A program made the translations under genes and the position numbers. Under the pieces are notes generated by a model, which worked only from the letters and a program-made list of their open reading frames with translations, made no database searches and was not told the DNA's origin. This document shows positions 10,076 through 18,865 of a DNA stretch of 64,000 nt, one piece after another. Origin of the DNA: Ruminiclostridium sp. (GTDB lineage: Bacteria; Bacillota; Clostridia; Oscillospirales; Ruminococcaceae); NCBI GenBank assembly GCA_045602405.1, contig JAZSBN010000052.1, forward strand, positions 6,193-70,192, given 5' to 3'. Position 1 is the first letter of the stretch, and every line of letters starts with the position of its first letter.

Positions 10076-11092
10076 TTAATCCCTTTCTCCGCTTAAATGT
10101 ATAGCGTGTGAAATTCCGGGAATACTTTCCCCCTGCTGTACCAGCGTTGTTGACATAAGTGCGCCCGTAGCCGCAAACAACACATTTTTCAGCTCCCCGT
10201 TCCTTATCCTGTCAAGCACATGACCGCATAGTACCGAGGCACTGCAGCCACAGCCTGAGCCGCCTGCATGGACATCCTGTTTATCCCTGTCAAAAAGCAT
10301 CAATCCGCAGTCGTTGTAACGGTCTCCGAGGCTTACTCCATCCTGAAGAAAAAGATCGCGGAGAAGCTCTGCTCCTACTGCGCCAAGATCTCCTGTAAGT
10401 ATCAGGTCGTAATCCTCGGGAGAGGTTTTTGTGTTCTTGAAATGAAGCCTTATGGTGTCGTAGGCGGCAGGCGCCATAGCCGCTCCCATATTATTTGCGT
10501 CCTTTATACCCATGTCCTGAATCTTACCGAAGGTAACAGCTTTTATGAAGGGAGGCTTGTCCGACTTTCCCACAACAGCACAGCCGCTTGCTGTAGCCGT
10601 CCATTGAGCAGTAGGTGGTCTCTGTCCGCCATAGGTTTCGGGAAAACGGAACTGTCGTTCGGCGGAACAGAAGTGAGAGGAGGTCAGTGCAACGTTATAC
10701 TCTCCTATTCCGTTATCGGCGAATACTGCCGCCATACCAAGGCTTTCCGCCATAGTGGAGCAGGCTCCGTATAACCCGATAAAATGTGCTCCTATATCCC
10801 TTATGCTGTAGGCTGAGCCTGTACACTGATTGAGAAGGTCTCCTGCGAAAATAAAGCTTATTTCGCCCTCGGATATTCCTCCCTTTGAAAGAGCGTGCTC
10901 CACAGCGTGCTGCTGAAGCCTGCTCTCCGCCTTTTCCCAGGTGTTTTCCCCGAAGGTTGAATCCTCGCTTACATAGTCAAAGCAGCTTCCGAGAGGCCCT
11001 TCCCCCTCCATTCGTCCTACTGCCGAGCCGTAGGAGATAACCGAAGGGGTATTTTCTAAAATTACAGTACCGTGCTTGATATAACCGCTCAT
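10076..11092 (-). CDS. spoVAD: Stage V sporulation protein AD
   Basis: EGEGPL, WEKAES, GDLLNQ, YGACST, SSHFCSAERQFR, GGSGCGC. Confidence 0.95.
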   Translation of the reverse strand: MSGYIKHGTVILENTPSVISYGSAVGRMEGEGPLGSCFDYVSEDSTFGENTWEKAESRLQQHAVEHALSKGGISEGEISFIFAGDLLNQCTGSAYSIRDIGAHFIGLYGACSTMAESLGMAAVFADNGIGEYNVALTSSHFCSAERQFRFPETYGGQRPPTAQWTATASGCAVVGKSDKPPFIKAVTFGKIQDMGIKDANNMGAAMAPAAYDTIRLHFKNTKTSPEDYDLILTGDLGAVGAELLRDLFLQDGVSLGDRYNDCGLMLFDRDKQDVHAGGSGCGCSASVLCGHVLDRIRNGELKNVLFAATGALMSTTLVQQGESIPGISHAIHLSGERD

Positions 11093-11100
11093 TTTCCCTC

Positions 11101-11544
11101 CTAAGAAAGCCTCACAAGATAAAGAATAATCCCGTAGATGACCGACGCCGAAAGCCCGTAAACTATAACAGGTCCTGCAATAACGAAAAGCTTTGCTCCT
11201 ACGCCGAGAACATAGCCCTCTGTCTTGAATTCCAGTGCAGGAGACACAACAGCGTTAGCGAAGCCTGTAATCGGAACAAGGGTTCCTGCGCCGCCGAATT
11301 TTGCTATTTTATCGTAAAGTCCCAGACCTGTCAGAATTGCACTGAGGAAAATCATGGTGACCGAAGTGAGAACTCCTGCCTCGGTTTTCGACATTCCTGC
11401 AAGAGTATAGAGGTTTATAAAGGACTGACCGATACAGCATATCGTTCCGCCTATAAGAAAGGCCATAGGTACAGTTTTATAAAGCTTCGTATTGGGCGAA
11501 CGCTTTTTCGCAAGTCCGCCGTATTCGGTTTTTGTCATTCTCAT
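11101..11544 (-). CDS. spoVAC: Stage V sporulation protein AC
   Basis: AFLIGGTIC, GAGTLVPITGFAN, EFKTEG, IAGPVIVYG. Confidence 0.92.
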   Translation of the reverse strand: MRMTKTEYGGLAKKRSPNTKLYKTVPMAFLIGGTICCIGQSFINLYTLAGMSKTEAGVLTSVTMIFLSAILTGLGLYDKIAKFGGAGTLVPITGFANAVVSPALEFKTEGYVLGVGAKLFVIAGPVIVYGLSASVIYGIILYLVRLS

Positions 11545-11701
11545 AAAAATTCCCCTTCTTCCAATGTAGTAGTATTATATTTTACAAATTCCAGGTTTTT
11601 ATACCGGACATCTGTCTGATTTTTCTCATTTTGTCAAAATTGATTGACTATTTTTAAAAATTATGGTATAATTGACTAATCATATAGAATGGAGTATCCC
11701 A

Positions 11702-13969
11702 ATGGCAAAAAATAAATACAGCTACAGAAATACAGGCTCAATAAGAAAGCCTTTCATAATTATTCCTGCGCTTATTCTGGCGGCGCTTGGTATAACTATA
11801 GGCGTTATCGCCTTCAATACTGCGGAAGCCAATAAAATAGCGGCTCTTAAATACGAATTCAACCAGTTTTATCCCGATACATACGACACCGCCGAGCCTA
11901 TCGACCCTGATACGGATTATGATAAGGACGGACTAATCAATTCCGATGAAATAGCTCTTAAGACAAGCGGTACTCTCACCGATACCGACAGCGACGGAAT
12001 AATCGACGGTATGGAAAACAGCTATTCCACCGACCCTGTCTCAAAGGACAGCGACTTCGACGGTCTGACCGACGGCGTGGAAATTCTTGCCGGTCTCGAC
12101 CCCCTCAGTTCTTCTACTGACGGAAATGTTAACGATTACGAGAAGAAATTCACCACAACCATAAACTTCAATGAGGGCAAAGCAACTCTCAGCGGCGACG
12201 CAAATATTTTCGGCGCAACCGCAGAAAAGCTCACCCTTAACTCCGTATCATCCAATGCAGGCGCAGTAACTCTCCCTTATGAAATATACTGCAGTACTCC
12301 TTTCGAAAAGGGCACTATAAGCTTCAACTATAACAGCTCCCTCTATAACGCACTGGAGCTGAATACCGACTCTCTCAGGGTTTTCCGCTTTGACCCATAC
12401 ACAAAAAAATATACAGCTCTCGATTCTGTGGCTGACGCCGAAAAGGGTACTATCTCTGCGGAGATAACAGAAAACGGAGTGTATGTTCTGGGTGCTGACG
12501 AAATTATCCAGTCAGCCGCAATCACAGAGGACACAAACGTTAATATTCACCTTCTTATCGATAACTCGGGCTCCATGTATCCTAAGTCGGTTCTGGAAAG
12601 CTCCGAGGAAAACGACGTAAGCTTCAAGCGTCTCTCATTTGCTACGAATTTCGTATCCAAGCTGAGTGATAAGGCTAAGGTTGCTATTTCTGCATTCACC
12701 TACGAATTCAAACCCATGTGCGATTTTGAAACAAGAAAGGACCTGGTAGCCTCCTCTATCAATAAAATCAGAACTCTCGGTCCCGGCTTCGACGGAACAA
12801 GCGTAGAAAGAGCACTTATGCTTGGTCTTGAAAGCTTTACTCCCGAGATGAAAACTGAAAGAAATATCATTATCCTTCTTACCGACGGTATTTCCACAAG
12901 TAATGCAGGATATACTCTTGAGAAAATTTCTGCAACCGCCCACTCAAAGAACGTTACAATCATGACTATAAGTCTCGGCGACGAGTACGACAAGGAGCTT
13001 TTAAGCTCTATTGCCGATTATACAGGCGGTAAGTATTTCCAGATTTCCGAGGCGAATGCTCTGGAAAATCTTTACTCCACAATTCTCGCAACCATGGACG
13101 ACGATATTATTGACTCGGATATGGACGGCACTCCCGACAGCTATACCCTTTACGACACAGGCTTCAGAGCTGAGGAAAACGGCTTCAGCTTCGAAAATTT
13201 CAAGTCCAAGACAAATGATACTCTTGATTTCGGAATGGTTATGCTTGCGAGAGACTGGTTCAGAAACTCTGTTCCCAACAGTATTACTACTGAGGATGAA
13301 AGTACATCCTTCACCTTCGAAGGCACTACCATTGACCGTTCTCAGCCTCTCCGTAAGGTTATACTTAAGAGCATGCAGTCGGATTATCTTAATCCTGAAA
13401 CTTATCTCGACTTCTTAAGCCCTCCCGGAACTCTTAAGCTTACCAAGGAAGCGGAAAAGGATTCCGTAGAAATGGGCTGGATGAAAAAAACTGCCCCCTA
13501 TAACAGCACAAACGGCTCCTGGACGGAAACCGAATATCTTGCAATAAACCACACTATAGGAAAAATCCGTGTAAAGTACGGCGAGGATGATTTCCAGTTC
13601 ATCCGCGCTATCCATTACTACGAAACCTTCCGCAATACCGACAATGGATTTATCCTCAGCAGTGACAGCGACCTTAACTCCGTAAAGAAAATTCTTGCTA
13701 CGGGAACTCCTCTTATTATGAAGATGTCCTGGGAAGAAAACGGCGAATTTTTAAGCAGGTATGTTCTTCTCACCGCTCTCCGCCGTGACGTAAACGACCC
13801 CAATTCCCTCAACGGTAAAATCTACGACACAAACCACAATTCCAAGAACAATATCACCTTCAGCAGAACTCCCCGTATAATGGGAAAACAGAAGGGCGGC
13901 TACAGCTACAGTGCAAACTGGAACGGAAAACAGGTTTCGGTAACCTTCTATACTACGGAAGCGAAATAA
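11702..13969 (+). CDS. Membrane-anchored VWA-domain protein with DxDxDG Ca-binding repeats
   Basis: N-terminal TM; repeats DTDYDKDGL, DTDSDGI, DSDFDGL, DSDMDGT; MIDAS-like DNSGS and LTDG; GGAG before ATG 11702. Confidence 0.85.
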   Translation: MAKNKYSYRNTGSIRKPFIIIPALILAALGITIGVIAFNTAEANKIAALKYEFNQFYPDTYDTAEPIDPDTDYDKDGLINSDEIALKTSGTLTDTDSDGIIDGMENSYSTDPVSKDSDFDGLTDGVEILAGLDPLSSSTDGNVNDYEKKFTTTINFNEGKATLSGDANIFGATAEKLTLNSVSSNAGAVTLPYEIYCSTPFEKGTISFNYNSSLYNALELNTDSLRVFRFDPYTKKYTALDSVADAEKGTISAEITENGVYVLGADEIIQSAAITEDTNVNIHLLIDNSGSMYPKSVLESSEENDVSFKRLSFATNFVSKLSDKAKVAISAFTYEFKPMCDFETRKDLVASSINKIRTLGPGFDGTSVERALMLGLESFTPEMKTERNIIILLTDGISTSNAGYTLEKISATAHSKNVTIMTISLGDEYDKELLSSIADYTGGKYFQISEANALENLYSTILATMDDDIIDSDMDGTPDSYTLYDTGFRAEENGFSFENFKSKTNDTLDFGMVMLARDWFRNSVPNSITTEDESTSFTFEGTTIDRSQPLRKVILKSMQSDYLNPETYLDFLSPPGTLKLTKEAEKDSVEMGWMKKTAPYNSTNGSWTETEYLAINHTIGKIRVKYGEDDFQFIRAIHYYETFRNTDNGFILSSDSDLNSVKKILATGTPLIMKMSWEENGEFLSRYVLLTALRRDVNDPNSLNGKIYDTNHNSKNNITFSRTPRIMGKQKGGYSYSANWNGKQVSVTFYTTEAK

Positions 13970-13983
13970 TCAATCAACTAAAA

Positions 13984-14009
13984 AAGCCTGAGAAACAATT
14001 CTCAGGCTT
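13984..14009. terminator. Probable bidirectional terminator
   Basis: 11-bp inverted repeat between convergent genes. Confidence 0.75.
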
Positions 14010-14014
14010 AGTTT

Positions 14015-14470
14015 TTATTTACCATTGTATCTTTCGATATGATAAGCTTTTGCTTCAATATCAAAGCTTTCAATATAAGGTATTCCCTGTCGGTATACCC
14101 AGCGCTCAACGTATCTGGGTTTAAAGGCGAAAAGTCTTTCGTTTTTAAGGGCAGTATAAGCGTCGTATGAGCCCTTGAAGCATTTTCTGAAAATACTGCA
14201 GAATTCTTCATTTTCTGAAGTATGCCCCAGATTTTCACATACCCCCTCAATCTGTATGTTATCTATACATAGCGCCGCATTTGGATTAGCCGAAAGCTGG
14301 CGGTATTTTTTCAGCATGATATCAGTCTGAAAATAAAATATTCCCTTAAGCTGAACAACGCTCATCATTCTTGAAGAAACAACATCGTTTTCCGACGTGG
14401 AAAGAACCATTGTACGCCCCTCGCCGAAGTCAGAAAGAAAGGCTTCATACTGCTTTAAAAATTCATCCAT
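14015..14470 (-). CDS. Pyridoxamine 5'-phosphate oxidase-like (FMN-binding split barrel) protein
   Basis: MVLST, SRMMS, FYFQT, K..QL..NPNAALC pattern. Confidence 0.75.
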   Translation of the reverse strand: MDEFLKQYEAFLSDFGEGRTMVLSTSENDVVSSRMMSVVQLKGIFYFQTDIMLKKYRQLSANPNAALCIDNIQIEGVCENLGHTSENEEFCSIFRKCFKGSYDAYTALKNERLFAFKPRYVERWVYRQGIPYIESFDIEAKAYHIERYNGK

Positions 14471-14495
14471 ATTCTGTCCTGCCTTTAATTATGTA

Positions 14496-15140
14496 TCAGA
14501 GAAGCTCCCTGAAGCTTGTGATAAACCTGTCGGCGGCGGCAACTATCCTTTCACGGTCACGCTCCGAGGTAATATCAGCCACAGCAACTGTGCGGAAGCC
14601 GCCCGCCTCAGCGCCCGTTATTCCGAGAAGGATATCTTCGAAAACCACGCTGTCCTCAGCCTTCACGCCCATTTTTTCGCAGGCAAGCAGATATATATCG
14701 GGAAAGCCTTTTTTTCTTTCAACCTCGTTAACGTTGACTACTGCGTCGAACATGTCGGCTATTCCTGTGTGCTTTAAGGCGGGAATATACAGCTCTTCAT
14801 CGTTGGCGGTAGCAACCGCAAGCTTCACGCCTTTTTCCTTAAGCATTTTCAGATATTCGTAAGCTCCGTCCTTAAGCTCAACCTTGTTTTCATAAAAATC
14901 CATTGCCATAGCCTGCCACTCGGCAATCATTTCCTCAGGGGTATCGGGGAAGCCAAAACGCTTCGCCGTGTATACTGCAGTTTCATAGGCGCCCAGATGA
15001 GCTATCGCAAGAAGATAATCCTCGGGAACAGGGTCGATTCCCCTACCCTTCAGATATACCTCGTCAATCTCGCTCCAGAACCACATTGAGTCCATAAGAG
15101 TACCGTCGAGGTCAAATATTGCCGCTTTTATATTTTCCAT
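14496..15140 (-). CDS. HAD-family phosphatase
   Basis: FDLDGTL, VATAN, KK..PDIY, FEDIL.G. Confidence 0.92.
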   Translation of the reverse strand: MENIKAAIFDLDGTLMDSMWFWSEIDEVYLKGRGIDPVPEDYLLAIAHLGAYETAVYTAKRFGFPDTPEEMIAEWQAMAMDFYENKVELKDGAYEYLKMLKEKGVKLAVATANDEELYIPALKHTGIADMFDAVVNVNEVERKKGFPDIYLLACEKMGVKAEDSVVFEDILLGITGAEAGGFRTVAVADITSERDRERIVAAADRFITSFRELL

Positions 15141-15160
15141 AATATTACTCCAAATACTAA

Positions 15161-15182
15161 CCGCAGAAGCAAGCTTCTGCGG
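15161..15182 (-). terminator. Hairpin, probable terminator or processing stem after the cytidylate-kinase-like gene
   Basis: Perfect CCGCAGAAGC/GCTTCTGCGG; only a weak U-tract on the minus strand. Confidence 0.5.
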
Positions 15183-15497
15183 TCAGACTGTCGATAAACC
15201 CACACACCGTAAAAATGCGAATAAATGTGAGTTTGACACTTAAAATAAAAAATAAATACTAAGAAATTTTGCAGAGCCGCACAAACGGCTCTGCAAAAGC
15301 ATTTTTACTTACTTCGTCAAAAGCCGCTTACCGTATAAGCATACGCCTACAGCGGCTTTTTCCTTGCTGAGCCGCCAAGTGCCGCCAGTGGCGGATAAAA
15401 CGCAGGCGGCGAAGGCGTAGCGGTCGAAAAATCAAGCTATAAGCGTGGATTTTTCGGGATACCGCAAGTCGGGAAGCGTGCGCCTATCGAAGTCTGA
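15183..15497. mobile_element. Non-coding MITE/REP-like element with imperfect terminal inverted repeats
   Basis: Left end TCAGACTGTCGATA; right end reverse-complements to TCAGACTTCGATA; several internal hairpins; no ORF in the track. Confidence 0.55.
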
Positions 15498-15506
15498 CAG
15501 CTTGTC

Positions 15507-16097
15507 TTATTCTCCAATCTTAGCACGGATATAATCCACGATTATATCAACCGTTTTTTCAATTCCGATTTCCGAGCTTACGGAAATATCGTAGGTCTGA
15601 GCCTTACCCCACTGGTCATCGGCAAAGTAGTTGTAGTAGGCAACTCTGCTCTTATCCTTCTTCTGGACATAGGCCTTGTAATTTTCAGCCTTTTCCTGAT
15701 AAACGTCACGGACACGCTCCGCTCTCTTTTCAAGAGGAGCATGAATGAACACGTTGATTACATTCTCACATTCACGAAGCACATAATCAGCACATCTTCC
15801 TACGATAACACAGCTTTCCTTGTTATAGAGATCCTTGATAACCCTGGACTGTGCTATAAAAATCATATCTGACGCAGGAAGAATCTGGCTTCCGATATAG
15901 AGGTGATATAAAAGGCTCTGTGTGCGCTTCTGGTCGTTCTGGCGGATAAAATCCTCGGTATATCCGCTTTCCTTGGCTACAAGCGAAAGAAGCTCGCCGT
16001 CGTAATACTTGAATCCAAGCTTTTCGGCAACAAGCTTACCGATATCCCTACCGCCTGAACCGTATTCTCTCGAAATTGTGATAACTGTTTTTTTCAT
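15507..16097 (-). CDS. Cytidylate kinase-like family protein
   Basis: ITISREYGSGG P-loop variant, IVGRCAD. Confidence 0.85.
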   Translation of the reverse strand: MKKTVITISREYGSGGRDIGKLVAEKLGFKYYDGELLSLVAKESGYTEDFIRQNDQKRTQSLLYHLYIGSQILPASDMIFIAQSRVIKDLYNKESCVIVGRCADYVLRECENVINVFIHAPLEKRAERVRDVYQEKAENYKAYVQKKDKSRVAYYNYFADDQWGKAQTYDISVSSEIGIEKTVDIIVDYIRAKIGE

Positions 16098-16114
16098 CTG
16101 ACAAGCCCCCTTGA

Positions 16115-16768
16115 TTAAATTGTATAATAAACAGCAAGCGTTCCCTTTCTGACGGAAATTATTGCTGTCTTATCCGTAAATTCATTGCTTACGCCCAGCG
16201 GAAAGGTGTTCCTTAAGGTATAGTCGGAAAGCTCATATTTGAGCCCCTTTAAATCCACGCCCTCGGAAACGTCTGACAGAGAAAAAACCGAGACATATTC
16301 TCCCTTTTTTCCGCTAAGAGTTATTTTTCCGTCCTTTACGGCAGTAATCCCGTAGCCCTCGCCGAAGATTACACCGTCACAGCCTCTTTCCGCAAGAGAC
16401 GCTAAAAGCTGTATATTGGCAAGAGTATGGTCAAGCCTTCCGCCTGTACCGCCGTAGATGAAGAAGCTTTTACAGCCCTTCCTGATTCCTGCCTCCGCCG
16501 CCTCGTAAAGGTCGGTGGTATCCTTTTCACAAGGAAGAGTTACTACCTTTTCGGAAGCATTCTCGAAAGTATTGGCAGGACTTTCTCCGAGAGAATCGAA
16601 ATCCCCTATTACATAATCAGGGACTATCTGAAGCTCTCTGAGCCATCGGAGACCGCCGTCGGCGGCAATAACCATATCTCCCTCACAGGGCTTCTCATAA
16701 AGAGAGGTTTTTTCCCCTGCACCGAAGATAAAGCAGCTTTTTCCGATTGTATCCTCCAAGACTATCAC
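16115..16768 (-). CDS. thiN: Thiamine diphosphokinase
   Basis: AADGG, GDFDS, EKDTTD, GGRLDHTLAN, LGVSNE; own promoter TTGACA-N17-TATAAT near 16780-16810. Confidence 0.93.
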   Translation of the reverse strand: MIVLEDTIGKSCFIFGAGEKTSLYEKPCEGDMVIAADGGLRWLRELQIVPDYVIGDFDSLGESPANTFENASEKVVTLPCEKDTTDLYEAAEAGIRKGCKSFFIYGGTGGRLDHTLANIQLLASLAERGCDGVIFGEGYGITAVKDGKITLSGKKGEYVSVFSLSDVSEGVDLKGLKYELSDYTLRNTFPLGVSNEFTDKTAIISVRKGTLAVYYTI

Positions 16769-16821
16769 TTCCTTAACTTATTATACAATTTTATCCCGAT
16801 TTTGTCAATACCGCACAAAAA

Positions 16822-17454
16822 TTATAAAAAAGAAATTAGTTTTTCAGCAGTTATTTCCGATAATTCAACCTTGCCGTCAAACTCACACTTATATCCGCAA
16901 GCACTTATAAACCCGTTTTCACAGGTAAGGCATACTGCCTCGCCATTTTCAATAAGGCTGTCGGCGGAAAAAGCGGAAAAGCCCTCCTGAAAGCCCTTTC
17001 CTGTTAGCTTACCCCTGCTCTCCTTGATACACCAGAGACGGCATATCTCCCTATCCTTATCGTCACAGCTTCTTACACGCTCCATTTCTTCGGATGTACA
17101 GAATTTTTCCGCCGCACGAATTGTTATAGGGCGTATATGCTGGATGTCGATACCCGTTTCCTTCTCCGTAACCGTACACATCACTATATTCCCCGAATGG
17201 CTTATATTGAAGGATAAATCAATATTTTCCATAAAGGGCTTACCGTGACCCCTGAAGCTGAATACAGGACAAGCATCGATACCGTAATCCTTTTTCAGGA
17301 TATAACGCAGGACTGCATAGGAAAAAGCGGAGCAAAGCTTAGCGTTAAGGCTTTTCTTATCGTCACAGTAACAACGCCTCTGCTCCGAAAGCAAAGGCGT
17401 TATACGTTCATATTCTTCTTCGGAGCAGTTGAATTTCAACCAATAAATTTTCAT
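16822..17454 (-). CDS. Sfp-type 4'-phosphopantetheinyl transferase
   Basis: GKP, FNISHSG, GIDIQ, WCIKES. Confidence 0.88.
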   Translation of the reverse strand: MKIYWLKFNCSEEEYERITPLLSEQRRCYCDDKKSLNAKLCSAFSYAVLRYILKKDYGIDACPVFSFRGHGKPFMENIDLSFNISHSGNIVMCTVTEKETGIDIQHIRPITIRAAEKFCTSEEMERVRSCDDKDREICRLWCIKESRGKLTGKGFQEGFSAFSADSLIENGEAVCLTCENGFISACGYKCEFDGKVELSEITAEKLISFL

Positions 17455-18533
17455 TGCATCAGTATACGCTCGTCACAGTATTCACATTCAAGGACATCGC
17501 CCGAACGCTTGAAGCTGTGAGGGAGATAATGCTCGGTATTGGTTATACACTTAAGATTTGTACAGCAGATATCCTTATGCTCCTCGCCCTTAAGAATAGG
17601 CCTCGGCATAAGCTTATAGTCAAGCATACAGAGTATAAGTGCCATACGGACATACATACCGTAATTAGCCTGCTTGAAATAAAGGGCACGGGGGTCGTCG
17701 TCCACCTCTACTGCAATTTCGTCAACACGGGGCAGAGGATGAAGAACGATAAGCTCCTTTGACGCAAGCTTCATTTTCTTTGCATCGAGGCAGTATACAT
17801 CCTTCTGTGCCTCATATTCCTCGGGGGTAGCGAAACGCTCACGCTGAATACGGGTCATATAGAGTACGTCAAGCTTCGGAATAGCCTCCTCGAGAGTTCT
17901 GTACTCCTCGTAGGTCTTTCCGCTTGCGGAGATATAGTCCTTGATATAGGTGGGAACCTTAAGCTCCTCGGTGGAGATAAGTATGAAGTGATTTCCGTTA
18001 TAGCAGGACAGTGCCTTTAAGAGAGAATGTACGGTTCTGCCGTTTTTAAGGTCGCCGCAGAAGCCTACTGTAAGGTTTTCGAGACGTCCCTTTTCTTCCT
18101 TAAGAGTAAGAAGGTCGGTAAGGGTCTGTGTAGGATGAAGGTGACCGCCGTCTCCTGCGTTTATAACGGGGCAGTCAGCCGAAAGTGCCGCCGCCTTCGC
18201 CGCACCCTCAAGGGGATGACGCATTACAAGTATATCGGAATAGCCGCTTACTATTTTTGTTGTGTCCTTTAGGTTTTCACCCTTGGCTACTGAAGAAGAG
18301 GAAGGATTATCAAAGCCGATTATTCCTCCGCCGAGACGAAGCATAGCTGTCTGGAAGCTCATCTGTGTACGGGTAGAAGGCTCATAGAAAAGCGTACCCA
18401 TTATCTTACCGCGGCAGGCTCCTGCATAAACAAGAGGAGCAGTCATAATCTCATGAGCAAGATTCAGAATAGTGTTCCACTGGGACGGGGAGAAATCGTT
18501 AAGGTCGATAAGGTTGGAAATATTATCCTGCAT
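17451..18533 (-). CDS. pyrB: Aspartate carbamoyltransferase with C-terminal PyrI-like Zn domain
   Basis: FYEPSTRT, HPTQTL, GDLKNGRTVHS, YMTRIQRER, HPLPR; C-terminal CTNLKC...CEYC. Confidence 0.95.
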   Translation of the reverse strand: MQDNISNLIDLNDFSPSQWNTILNLAHEIMTAPLVYAGACRGKIMGTLFYEPSTRTQMSFQTAMLRLGGGIIGFDNPSSSSVAKGENLKDTTKIVSGYSDILVMRHPLEGAAKAAALSADCPVINAGDGGHLHPTQTLTDLLTLKEEKGRLENLTVGFCGDLKNGRTVHSLLKALSCYNGNHFILISTEELKVPTYIKDYISASGKTYEEYRTLEEAIPKLDVLYMTRIQRERFATPEEYEAQKDVYCLDAKKMKLASKELIVLHPLPRVDEIAVEVDDDPRALYFKQANYGMYVRMALILCMLDYKLMPRPILKGEEHKDICCTNLKCITNTEHYLPHSFKRSGDVLECEYCDERILMQ

Positions 18534-18569
18534 AAAACGTTAAATCCTTTCCTTTTTACATTTCTTTTA

Positions 18570-18598
18570 ATTATATCACCCGCTACGAAAAAAGTCAA
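18570..18598 (-). promoter_or_regulatory. Sigma-A promoter of pyrB
   Basis: TTGACT-N17-TATAAT. Confidence 0.7.
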
Positions 18599-18626
18599 TA
18601 AATCCCGATAATTTTACGGCTGTCTA

Positions 18627-18655
18627 TTGACAACAGTATATATATATGATAGAAT
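18627..18655 (+). promoter_or_regulatory. Sigma-A promoter of metK
   Basis: TTGACA-N17-TAGAAT with TG extension. Confidence 0.75.
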
Positions 18656-18675
18656 GTACTTGTTACAAAATAGTC

Positions 18676-18785
18676 CTTATCAAGAGCAGTGGAGGAACAG
18701 GTCCTGTGAAGCTGCGGCAACCCTTCGTTTTTACCTGTGTAATGCGAAAATGGTGCCAAATCCTGCGCCCATGGCGAAAGATGAG
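18676..18785 (+). ncRNA. SAM-I (S-box) riboswitch
   Basis: CTTATCAAGAG...GGAGG...GCAACC...GGTGCCAA.TCC...AAGATGAG directly upstream of metK. Confidence 0.95.
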
Positions 18786-18805
18786 GGAGTGGATATAAAA
18801 ATTTC

Positions 18806-18827
18806 GCTCCCAATAGGGAGCTTTTTT
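18806..18827 (+). terminator. Riboswitch-controlled terminator
   Basis: GCTCCC-AATA-GGGAGC-TTTTTT. Confidence 0.85.
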
Positions 18828-18865
18828 GTTTCATAAAATAAAAGTAAAGAAAGGAAAACAAGAAA

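Noticed and set aside
11570-11605. Possible SigG promoter for spoVAC (GTATA-N18-AATATAA)
   Set aside because: Biologically expected, but the -10 match is imperfect; not called
18637-18648. (TA)n run in the metK promoter spacer
   Set aside because: Too short to argue for phase variation
18595-18861. ORFs 18595-18861 and 18627-18836
   Set aside because: They overlap the metK promoter, SAM-I riboswitch and terminator
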